Origin: an uncultured Micavibrio sp.
GTDB taxonomy: Bacteria > Pseudomonadota > Alphaproteobacteria > Micavibrionales > UBA1664
Length of the DNA stretch: 64,000 nt
Assembly: GCA_964531715.1 (NCBI GenBank)
Contig: CAZHEE010000001.1
Span: forward strand, 284,573-348,572
Reading direction: 5' to 3'
Shown: in pieces, positions 56,492 through 64,000 of the stretch
How the letters are laid out: the number at the start of each line of letters is the position of its first letter
Position numbering within the stretch: the first letter of the stretch is position 1
Notes under the pieces: model-generated
Databases searched by the model: none
What the model saw: the letters and a program-made list of their open reading frames with translations, nothing else
Told to the model about the DNA's origin: nothing
Made by a program: the position numbers and the translations under genes

Positions 56492-56632
56492 AGCAAACCT
56501 CTCAATGGTTATTATTATAACCACATAAATATTAAAATGTCTATAATAACTATCATTGATAAAATTTGAATTATAGCCTTATGATCTTTACAAAAGCTCC
56601 GGCGCATCCTCGTACAGAAAGGAAAGCGTCCC

Positions 56633-56683
56633 ATGAGAATAATTGCTTACAGCGATTTTCATCTGGAATTTATTGGGAACTAA
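56633..56683 (+). pseudogene. Metallophosphoesterase 5' fragment (16 codons)
   Basis: MRIIAYSDFHLEFIGN-stop. The MRI..SD.HLE start is typical of calcineurin-like phosphoesterases. Confidence 0.35.
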
Positions 56684-56686
56684 GAA

Positions 56687-56758
56687 TTACCCGAAGATAT
56701 TGACGGCGATCTCCGCCACATCTTCTGATGTGCTTGGGCGGATGGAATATGTGGTCAT
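56687..56758 (-). pseudogene. 5' fragment of a second GNAT gene (paralog of 54814-55329)
   Basis: MTTYSIRPSTSEDVAEIAVNIFG-stop compares with MTVYSIRPSTPEEAAAIVGIYP in the intact gene. The nucleotide block gtgcttgggcggatggaatat..ggtcat is shared. Confidence 0.6.
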
Positions 56759-56848
56759 GTTTTTTGCAACTTTCTTTATCCCTCCAACTGCCTTTTGATG
56801 TTAGCCTTCTTTAGTTGGCTTGGGAAACGGCGGCTTTGTCTGGAGATA

Positions 56849-57190
56849 TTAAAACTGCTTCAAAATCCATTGATGCAGGAAGTAGCCCGCGCCAAGGAGG
56901 GCAAGACCTAAAATCCAGCTTGGCCAGAAACCAAGGCTGAACTTATCGGTAAAGAAAAACGGTACGAAGAACAGCCACGTAATCGGCACAGCAAATATAA
57001 TGCTGCGCGCATATTGTGCGGTGTTTCCTGCATCACCATGCTGGGTGTAGGCAAAAGCAATCGCCATGATGGAAACAAGCGGCAGGGCTGTGATAAACCC
57101 TACCAACTCCGGCTTTTTACCCGCCAGCCATGACGCAAAAGCAATAACGAATGCGGCGATGCCAACTTTTAGAACGGTAATGAATTTGTT
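56849..57190 (-). CDS. Small multi-pass membrane protein, apparently lacking its original start
   Basis: The ORF track gives 85 aa from a TTG. The frame stays open upstream through another hydrophobic helix (KFITVLKVGIAAFVIAFASWLAG) with no ATG/GTG/TTG before it, and it runs into the recombinase remnant. Confidence 0.35.
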   Translation of the reverse strand, partial: NKFITVLKVGIAAFVIAFASWLAGKKPELVGFITALPLVSIMAIAFAYTQHGDAGNTAQYARSIIFAVPITWLFFVPFFFTDKFSLGFWPSWILGLALLGAGYFLHQWILKQF

Positions 57191-57194
57191 TTCC

Positions 57195-57847
57195 GCGGCC
57201 TGATTACCTGCGCCGCGACGGGCAAAGTCGTGACGGCGTCTGAGCAGAAAAAGACCTATAAAAACGGCGGTACGGCTTCATGGACGTATTTAAGATGCTG
57301 GAAGCCGGATAACCCCGAAAAGCAAATGTGGGTGCGCGAAGAGAAAGTGTTGGAGCAGGTTGAAGAAGTTTTGAAAAAGCTGGCCTGTGACGAAGAAACG
57401 CTGGCTTATCTCAACGGCTATTTACGGGAGATTGAGGAAAATGAGCGCGGCTTTTTACGCCGCCAGATTAGCGAGTGGCAAAAGCAGCATGCCAAGCTGC
57501 AAAATCGCCTTGATACGCTGATGGATTTATTGCTCGACGGCATGATTGAGCGCGAGGAATTCGAGGCCAAGAAATCAAAAATCCGTGAAGATCAGAGTTA
57601 TCTGGAGCAGCAAATTGCCAATGCCCGCTCCGGCGATGATGCGTTTAAGGATGCGATGCTCACGATCCTGTCCATCGCCTCGGAAGCGTATGATTTGTTC
57701 AAAGGTTCTAGCGTAGAGCTGAAAAGAGAGATGGTGAATCGGGTATTTGCGAACTTGAAGCTCGACGGCGGAAAGCTGCGCTATACTTTGCGTGAACCCT
57801 TCGACAAGATGCTGAATTTAACCAATCGTCTTGAATGGCAGGTGTAA
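57195..57847 (+). pseudogene. Large serine recombinase, C-terminal remnant only
   Basis: A zinc-ribbon-like segment with one Cys lost (GLITCAATGK...YLRC) is followed by the coiled-coil (LDTLMDLLLDGMIEREEFEAKKSKI). No N-terminal resolvase catalytic domain is present. Confidence 0.6.
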
Positions 57848-58005
57848 TTTAACAAAAAAAGAATAATTTTCTTTTTTATAGTCGTCAAACCGAACAATTA
57901 TAATTTTTGCATTTAACTTAAGGTTGTTGCATAGTAATGGCCTTGTTGCCCTATGGCCGGAAGCGGTAGCTATGTTCAGAACCTTTGGTTTAAAAACTAC
58001 TGACC

Positions 58006-58023
58006 ATTTACTGACGTTGTGGT
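58006..58023 (+). promoter_or_regulatory. Conserved motif ATTTACTGACGTTGTGGT, copy 1
   Basis: It is identical over 18 nt to 59050-59067. The flanking sequence (tatgttcagaacctttggt) weakly resembles the 5' end of the 58536-59036 gene. Confidence 0.45.
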
Positions 58024-58119
58024 ACGAAGTCTTCCGGTCACCAGCGCAAAAAAATAGCCCGTATTACTACGAACTATCAGGGTCATCAGTGACAATAATA
58101 TGGTCAGTAGAATTTTATA

Positions 58120-58512
58120 TTATGCCGCCATCGAGTTGTTTCTACGTTCAACTTCTGAGCAAATCTCGGCCATACGATTGAGGTTCCGCATCATTTTAAG
58201 AATGATGTCCATGCCCTCATCGGGTAATTGATCAATCTCAGCAGCGAGCCTCAAAATATTTGATGTTTTTTGTACGCTCTCGTCATCACCGTCACCATAA
58301 AAATACCCGACGGGTTTGCCCAAGGCCTTGGCACATAGGATCATCTTGTGCGCAGCCATGCTGCTGATGCCATTTTCGTATCGTTGCATTTGTTGCCCTG
58401 AAACACCGATCATTTGACCAAGGTCTTTTTGGGACAGTTTCAGGCGCTGACGTTCAATCATGATCTTTGATCCGATATCCCGCCTGTATTGTTTTTCTGT
58501 GTTTTCCATCAT
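58120..58512 (-). CDS. XRE-family HTH regulator
   Basis: HTH LSQKDLGQMIGVSGQQMQRYENG. The ATG at 58512 is preceded by AAGGAGG, whereas the ORF-track GTG start at 58527 lies inside that RBS. Confidence 0.75.
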   Translation of the reverse strand: MMENTEKQYRRDIGSKIMIERQRLKLSQKDLGQMIGVSGQQMQRYENGISSMAAHKMILCAKALGKPVGYFYGDGDDESVQKTSNILRLAAEIDQLPDEGMDIILKMMRNLNRMAEICSEVERRNNSMAA

Positions 58513-58535
58513 AACATCCTCCTTCACAATATCTG

Positions 58536-59036
58536 TTATGACGCTTTAGACTTGAACGTCGCGTTACTACATTCGATCCAGAAACGCTTATATAATGTGT
58601 AATAAGCTTTCTGCACCGCCCAATAAACATTCACCATGTCTTCACAATGTTGTTCAGCACGCGCCTGATCCAAATCAATCGCTGCCCCGTCTGTTTTATC
58701 GGAGCGGTTGGTGCGGACATCCTTAATGGATTCAAAAGCGATATTACGGACATAGGCCATCACATCACCCACCGCCATAATCGGCATCGCATCGACAAAG
58801 GTGTTTCCACGCAATCCCAACTTAACGATATCAACAATCTGTTGTGCCTGACCGGCATTCGATGCCTTTAATACAATATCGTAAAGGTGGGACAGCGTTT
58901 CATCACGCTTGGCTTGCATCTCTGCAAAGCTGTTGTCACCCATTTCATTATTGTTACATGATTGACGCATTGCCTTGGCGACAATAGCCCGGAATTTTTG
59001 AGACTTTCCTGTCTTGTTATATATTGCCATGTTCAT
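58536..59036 (-). CDS. Hypothetical protein (166 aa)
   Basis: ATG-initiated ORF immediately upstream of the XRE gene in an apparent two-gene operon. No family recognised. Confidence 0.5.
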   Translation of the reverse strand: MNMAIYNKTGKSQKFRAIVAKAMRQSCNNNEMGDNSFAEMQAKRDETLSHLYDIVLKASNAGQAQQIVDIVKLGLRGNTFVDAMPIMAVGDVMAYVRNIAFESIKDVRTNRSDKTDGAAIDLDQARAEQHCEDMVNVYWAVQKAYYTLYKRFWIECSNATFKSKAS

Positions 59037-59049
59037 TCCCCTTCTTGGT

Positions 59050-59067
59050 ATTTACTGACGTTGTGGT
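59050..59067 (+). promoter_or_regulatory. Conserved motif ATTTACTGACGTTGTGGT, copy 2
   Basis: It lies 14 nt upstream of the start of the 58536-59036 gene (minus strand). Confidence 0.45.
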
Positions 59068-59232
59068 TTCAAAAAAATCAGAGCACCTTGCCCTGATATC
59101 GATAAATATAAACATAATGTCTTAATGAAAAGTTAATAGTTGCTAATTAATATCAAAAATGATAGAATAAATTATATTTTGATAACTAATGTAAATGAAT
59201 GTTTACTTTTTGTAAAAATTGAGAAGATAAAA

Positions 59233-59874
59233 ATGAAAAATGGTAAACAATTAGTCGCAGCAAGAGGGCTCTTGGGATGGACACAAGATGACTTATCGAG
59301 ACAAAGCGATGTTGCAAAACCGACAATTATCCGGCTTGAAAATAATGAAGTCAGCCCCAATACGAATACAGTTAACAAGATTACTGCGGCTATTAATAAG
59401 GCTGGTGTGATTTTTACTGATAAAGGCGTCGAGTACACCGATAACAGAATAACTATCATTGAAAGTGACACTTGGTACTTAGAGCTTTTGGATGATGTTT
59501 TGTATACACTAGAAGGCCAAAAAAGAAATAAAGTATTGAGAACTTCATTTGCTGATGATCGGAAATCAACACAAGAAGGAATAGAGGCTTTAAGGAGACT
59601 TAAGAAGGCTGGCATTGAAAATCGCATTACATGCGAAAAAGGCAATACATTTCTCCTAGACCAGGTTTCCTCATATAGATGGGTTGAGCCTAAGAATTAT
59701 ACAAATTGGCTTACTCTTATATACGGCAACAAAGTAGCGGTTAGCATTAATAATGAAAAAGGATGCACAATAATTGACGATGCCGATTTTGCAAACGCAT
59801 GTCGATTACAATTTGACCTAACTTGGAATTTTTTAGAAACACCTACAAGGAGCACCGCAGATGTCCGACTATAA
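59233..59874 (+). CDS. HTH (XRE-type) protein with an uncharacterised C-terminal domain
   Basis: The ATG at 59233 is preceded by gagaag. The N-terminal HTH is LLGWTQDDLSRQSDVAKPTIIRLENNE, followed by a ~150-aa unknown domain. The gene overlaps the next gene by 14 nt. Confidence 0.6.
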   Translation: MKNGKQLVAARGLLGWTQDDLSRQSDVAKPTIIRLENNEVSPNTNTVNKITAAINKAGVIFTDKGVEYTDNRITIIESDTWYLELLDDVLYTLEGQKRNKVLRTSFADDRKSTQEGIEALRRLKKAGIENRITCEKGNTFLLDQVSSYRWVEPKNYTNWLTLIYGNKVAVSINNEKGCTIIDDADFANACRLQFDLTWNFLETPTRSTADVRL

Positions 59875-60502
59875 AGTTAAAGTATTATCTAACGCAAGTT
59901 GGAGAAATTATAAAAAGGCTCGCTTGGATATATCGCTTCAAAACACGAAACAAGTTGGAGAAAAATTTGAGGCAACTCTTTTATGGGCTTTAGAAAATTT
60001 TGATGAGATAGAAGTTTCTTTGGCAGATACACTACAAAGACATACTTTTTCTGCCGATTATGATATTCCATTGGATAAAGCCAATAATCTTACTTTGCGT
60101 GAAGGAGACATATGGATACAATGCCATAGTGACCTATTAACCCGTCACAACGTGGTAGTAAAAAGATGGGACGAGCGCATCCAAGATACGGCGTTTGAAT
60201 TTTTTCATAATCAAGTTAGAGAGCTCTATTCACAGGACAAAACATTCAAAGACCTCGTTAATAGCGATTGTCAATCTTTTATGAGTAGACGTAACTATTG
60301 TGAAACAAAAAAATTGTTTGTTTTAAATTATATTTTGGAAGAGCAGGCCGTATTCTCAATGCTATCAGAAAGAGACCAAGCTATAGGGATTTATCCTGGG
60401 TCAATTTTGGGATGCTATCGAGGACATGATCGACCAGATCTGTTCGCAAAGACAGAATTTTGCAAAATTGACTTTCTTAGAAAAAAGACAGCGGAGCTAT
60501 AA
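59861..60502 (+). CDS. Cyclodipeptide synthase (CDPS)-like protein, tentative
   Basis: 213-aa ORF with an AAGGAG RBS. By-eye alignment to recalled AlbC/YvmC sequences gives three matches. DISLQN...LLWALENF aligns with GIS.GN...LL.WA..F. RW.E....T.F......V...Y..D..F aligns with the mid-region pattern. LNYILEE aligns with the catalytic Y-x3-E, followed by IYPG / CYRG. Not verified by a search. Confidence 0.5.
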   Translation: MSDYKVKVLSNASWRNYKKARLDISLQNTKQVGEKFEATLLWALENFDEIEVSLADTLQRHTFSADYDIPLDKANNLTLREGDIWIQCHSDLLTRHNVVVKRWDERIQDTAFEFFHNQVRELYSQDKTFKDLVNSDCQSFMSRRNYCETKKLFVLNYILEEQAVFSMLSERDQAIGIYPGSILGCYRGHDRPDLFAKTEFCKIDFLRKKTAEL

Positions 60503-60651
60503 AAATTTCATCTCATGGGATTAATTCTAAATTCATGAACATGAGATTAGAATAATACAACTTAAGCGCAGTTTTTACTTGCAATTCAACCTTGAGAGAA
60601 GCGATGCTGACATTATAGCAGGGCAACAAGCATGCTTTAACTTCGGCAGAT

Positions 60652-60666
60652 ACAACGTCAGTAAAT
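60652..60666 (-). promoter_or_regulatory. Conserved motif, copy 3 (15 nt, inverted)
   Basis: acaacgtcagtaaat is the reverse complement of ATTTACTGACGTTGT. It sits about 95 nt upstream of the XRE gene at 60761, in the same orientation relative to its gene as copy 2. Confidence 0.4.
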
Positions 60667-60760
60667 AGCCGACCTGATCGATGAACCTGTGGAGAGGACT
60701 TGTCTCTTCCCCACTGACATACAGCACCCTCTTTCACGGGTTCATCTTTCTTTTATAAAC

Positions 60761-61201
60761 ATGAGAGATATAATGATCATGAATAAAAAAGTCGGTGCCA
60801 GTTCGCGCAATCGCAATATCACAATGGAACAGCATATTGGCAAACGCCTCGTTCTCGTTCGCACCGCCAATGAATTAAGCCGTGAAGCTCTGGCAGATGC
60901 ACTAGGAATTACACACCAACAAATCGGGAAATATGAACGCGGTGAAAATCGTATTTCAGCCTCAACACTTTATCAAATGATCAAATACTTTAAAGTTGAA
61001 CCGGATTTTTTCTATCAAGGCTACTCGGAAGAAGAAGTTGCAGCCACCATCACAACAATCGGACATATTACTCATTCCGGTGTGCGCGTCATGAATGAAA
61101 TAGGCAAAGGGAAAGATGCACAAATTCGTCAAAAAATTGCCAAGACCGTCATGCCAATCATAAAGGCTCTGAATTATTATTATGATGAGAAGGCAATTTG
61201 A
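60761..61201 (+). CDS. XRE-family HTH regulator
   Basis: HTH LSREALADALGITHQQIGKYERGEN. Candidate ATG starts are at 60761, 60773 and 60779, and the ORF-track start at 60689 is unlikely. Confidence 0.7.
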   Translation: MRDIMIMNKKVGASSRNRNITMEQHIGKRLVLVRTANELSREALADALGITHQQIGKYERGENRISASTLYQMIKYFKVEPDFFYQGYSEEEVAATITTIGHITHSGVRVMNEIGKGKDAQIRQKIAKTVMPIIKALNYYYDEKAI

Positions 61202-61387
61202 GCCCTTCATAAAACGTGATCATCCTAATAAGCCCCTTAAATATCAACTGACAAGTGGAAAATAAAATAAAAATCTCATCTGAGTTGAATAATGATCCAT
61301 AGTCACACTTTTATATTGATTTTCATAACTATGATTTGATAAAAATTATGTAATACTAAACTATATTTTGGAATTTGGATTACTGCT

Positions 61388-61927
61388 ATGAGCCATTTTG
61401 AGAAATCAATCGCGCAACTAAATAGAAAAATCAATGCCGGGATGGCTAAAGGCGCTAAGACTAGACGTCGTCTCGTATATGCAGGGTTATTAACTGCGGC
61501 TTTCGCAGCCGTAGCGGAGCCAGGATATAATTTTATTCAGGATGAAATTGCACGTCAGCAACAACTTCAGGAAGATCGACGTGCCGAAGCTGAAAGACAA
61601 AGACAGTTAGAAGCAGAGAGACGTCGTCAAGCAGAAGAACAGCGCAGATTAAGAGATAGACCAATTCGTCATTATATTGTCACGGGTGTTTCTACAAGAT
61701 TAAATATGAGATCAGGCCCAGGCACTGGCTATTCGAATGATTACGATATTTATAATGGCGCATGCTTAACGCCCACATCTTCTCAACCATATGCCAATAG
61801 AGGATGGATCAGAGTAAGCGTCAGTTTGAATAATGGTCCGCAAAGGCAATTTTATGTAAGTAGTCGGTATTTAAGACCTGTGAGGGACTCCATACCTGGC
61901 TGCTCAAGATTTAATATTACGAGGTAA
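61388..61927 (+). CDS. Membrane-anchored protein with an Arg/Glu/Gln coiled-coil and a bacterial SH3-like domain
   Basis: 179-aa ORF with a TM helix (LVYAGLLTAAFAAVA), a charged repeat (QQLQEDRRAEAERQRQLEAERRRQAEEQRRLR) and the SH3b-like segment LNMRSGPGTGYS. Confidence 0.55.
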   Translation: MSHFEKSIAQLNRKINAGMAKGAKTRRRLVYAGLLTAAFAAVAEPGYNFIQDEIARQQQLQEDRRAEAERQRQLEAERRRQAEEQRRLRDRPIRHYIVTGVSTRLNMRSGPGTGYSNDYDIYNGACLTPTSSQPYANRGWIRVSVSLNNGPQRQFYVSSRYLRPVRDSIPGCSRFNITR

Positions 61928-61942
61928 TCGAAAGATAAAACA

Positions 61943-64000
61943 ATGTCAGATAAGAAAACAAAAATTGAGATTCTGGATAAAGAAGAAGATAAGCAGGATA
62001 AAATGCGTCATGCTTTTGATGTCGCTCAAGAACAGAAAAAATATAATGTTCCAACCACTCTTCCTGAAAGTGGTGTCGATTTACTAGATAGCGAGTCAGG
62101 TTTTATAGTTGGTGCGCGTGGTTTCGCAACCATGCAAATAGAAACCGACAAACATATGATTACCATTGCCAATACCGGTGGCGGTAAAGGTCGAGCCGTT
62201 GCTATTCCGAATATGCTTAATCATAACGGATCATTGTTCTCCATAGAAATCGGTGGGACAGGCTATAAGCAAACACATAATTATCGTCGCTCTGTACTTG
62301 GACAGGATGTTCATTTGATTGACCCATTAGGGGCCATAAAAGGTGAAAAATCTGCCTGTTTCAATGTGCTGGATACTGTTGATCCTCATGACCCGAGATT
62401 TATTACAGAAATGAAGCAAATTGCAGATAGCCTGTTAAAACATCCGAAAGGCAAAGAGCCCAACGATCCTTATTTTGAAAACACGCCGCGTGAGCTATTA
62501 TTATCTTTGCTTATTCATGTTAAAACTTCTGACAGTATCTCTGATGAAGATCGCCATCTGCCAAAGGTCGCTGAATTGATAGCATCTTATGGTAGCGAAG
62601 AGTGGGATGAACTGATGCACGCTTTTGCATCAGACACAGGAAGATATAGAGCAAGCTTTAACAAAGCCGGTAACTATTTTCACGGTGTCAATGATGAAAA
62701 CACACGGAGTATCATCAGCAGCATCAGCAACAGCGCCTTATCTTTTGTCGAAGATCCCGCCTTTGCAGAAATTCTGAAGACGTCTTCATTTGACCTGAAT
62801 AATTTCCGAGAGAAGAAAACAAGTCTCTATATTGTTTTACCAGAAATCGAAGACTTTAAAACAAACTCGGCATTTTTTCGGATGCTGACAGAAAGAGCTT
62901 TTGTTGCCTGTCCGAATTTAGGAGATGGTGGCCGCAGCTTTACCCACGATGACCGTGCGCTGTTTATGCTGGATGAGTTTACCCAGTTAGGGAAACTTGA
63001 TGTCATTGACACAGGCATGCAAACCGCTCGCCAAAAAGGAATTACCATCTGGGCTTTATTTCAGGATATCGGTCGACTTGAAGCGCTATACGGCAAGGAA
63101 ATAGCTGGATCATTTTTAGGAGCTGCCGGTGTTGTGCAGGTTTTTGATGTTGGCGATGAAAGAACCAAAGAATATGTTTCAAACCGTGTCGGAAACAATC
63201 TGGTGATGATTCCAACCGTGCAACATAGTATTACGGATACGGATGGCAAAAATACCACGTGGAGTGAGGCCATCAGCCTTGGCACGAACAGATCACAAAG
63301 CAAAGCCCATACAACAGGCACAAGTGAAACATGGAGTACAGCCATTGGTGAATCGACAGCCTTTACAAAAACAAGCGGATATCAGGGCGGACAAAATGGT
63401 GGCCACAATTGGTCAAACAGCCGGACAGATACATATTCTCGCACGGATACAAAAGGTGGTGGACGTAGCAATTCTGATACTGACACAAACACAGAAGGAA
63501 CGTCCGAGCAAAATACAAACACGCAAGGGGGAGGCGCATCTTCGCAGAGAGGTGAAACATACAGTGTATCCTTCACACCACAAAAAATGCCTAAAATGGA
63601 GCCTGCCGAAGTTGAAAACTATCTGGGCACGGACAACCAACAAATAATTTTTGTTCGATCCCAAGGTCAGGTGCGTTATTTACTGGATTTCAGATCCAAT
63701 TATGACCAGATACCCTATTTAAACGCTCGTGCTTATGGACCAGGAGACGACGTTTTTCCAGCGCCATTATTTTTACCGCCACAGCATACAAAATTATTGC
63801 CATCACCACGAAAAGCTCTGCAAATGGCTGCTAACGTTTTTGTTGTAGAGCGGCCTGAAAAAGTCACGGTTAAGCCGTTCTCAAAAATTGCAAACGGAGC
63901 GCAAATTACAGTCCCTGACTCTAATGAGGTTGTGACATATAAAGAAAATAGACGAACAGGTGTCGGAACGAATTTACGTCAAAGGATTAAAATCCGTGCA
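61943..64000 (+). CDS. Type IV secretion coupling protein (TraG/VirD4 family), 3' end beyond the window
   Basis: Hand-translated open frame of 686 codons from the ATG at 61943 to the window edge. It is absent from the ORF track because it has no stop in the window. Walker A is ANTGGGKGRA and Walker B is ALFMLDEF, followed by ARQKGITIWALFQDIGRLEALYG. Confidence 0.8.
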   Translation, partial: MSDKKTKIEILDKEEDKQDKMRHAFDVAQEQKKYNVPTTLPESGVDLLDSESGFIVGARGFATMQIETDKHMITIANTGGGKGRAVAIPNMLNHNGSLFSIEIGGTGYKQTHNYRRSVLGQDVHLIDPLGAIKGEKSACFNVLDTVDPHDPRFITEMKQIADSLLKHPKGKEPNDPYFENTPRELLLSLLIHVKTSDSISDEDRHLPKVAELIASYGSEEWDELMHAFASDTGRYRASFNKAGNYFHGVNDENTRSIISSISNSALSFVEDPAFAEILKTSSFDLNNFREKKTSLYIVLPEIEDFKTNSAFFRMLTERAFVACPNLGDGGRSFTHDDRALFMLDEFTQLGKLDVIDTGMQTARQKGITIWALFQDIGRLEALYGKEIAGSFLGAAGVVQVFDVGDERTKEYVSNRVGNNLVMIPTVQHSITDTDGKNTTWSEAISLGTNRSQSKAHTTGTSETWSTAIGESTAFTKTSGYQGGQNGGHNWSNSRTDTYSRTDTKGGGRSNSDTDTNTEGTSEQNTNTQGGGASSQRGETYSVSFTPQKMPKMEPAEVENYLGTDNQQIIFVRSQGQVRYLLDFRSNYDQIPYLNARAYGPGDDVFPAPLFLPPQHTKLLPSPRKALQMAANVFVVERPEKVTVKPFSKIANGAQITVPDSNEVVTYKENRRTGVGTNLRQRIKIRA

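Larger units (their letters stand above)
57195..64000. mobile_element. Remnant or edge of an integrative conjugative/mobilisable element
   Basis: It contains a recombinase remnant, several XRE regulators sharing an upstream motif, cargo genes, and a TraG/VirD4 coupling protein gene running off the window. Confidence 0.5.

Noticed and set aside
62827-63664. Five 64-134-aa ORFs on both strands (62827-63048, 63061-63345, 63243-63647, 63363-63560, 63382-63576, 63413-63664)
   Set aside because: All lie within the long open TraG/VirD4 frame, which I translated by hand from 61943 to the window end. That frame has Walker A and B motifs and these ORFs have none.

Overview
This is a chromosomal segment of an alphaproteobacterium. 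Supporting evidence: xseB-ispA-dxs synteny, a ChvI/ChvG two-component pair, a ChpT-like phosphotransferase, and GTTC-N7-GTTC SOS boxes. The backbone carries housekeeping genes: secE-nusG, rpe, holC-pepA/lptF, flhA, dxs, ispA, xseB, ispH, rnhA, ppa, rpsU, nrdR, dcd, tRNA-Thr(GGU) and rplS-trmD-rimM. It also carries a complete chemotaxis core, cheA-cheW-cheY-cheB-cheR, preceded by the ChpT-like gene.

Four things are layered on this backbone.
1. A dense population of short palindromic MITE-like repeats with GTCATTGC/GTCATCC-type termini. Three copies sit in frame inside the essential dxs gene, in the manner of Rickettsia palindromic elements.
2. A visibly AT-rich island (about 21.2-29.0 kb) with two divergently transcribed giant secreted proteins. 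One has a beta-helix core with a type I secretion-like C-terminus. The other combines LamG, cadherin, kexin-like S8 protease, P-domain and RTX modules.
3. Low-GC orphan genes wedged antisense into the conserved xseB-ispA-dxs and rimM-trmD operons.
4. An accessory, decaying region from about 53.6 kb to the window end. It holds a HigBA-like module, a hipA with its kinase core deleted beside an intact hipB-like gene, several gene fragments and a large serine recombinase remnant. It also holds several XRE regulators sharing an upstream motif, an HTH gene translationally coupled to a cyclodipeptide-synthase-like gene, and a TraG/VirD4 coupling protein that runs off the window.

The most interesting candidates are the in-frame repeats in dxs and the HTH + CDPS-like cargo pair on the conjugative-element remnant. 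All family assignments come from reading motifs by eye. No database search was run.
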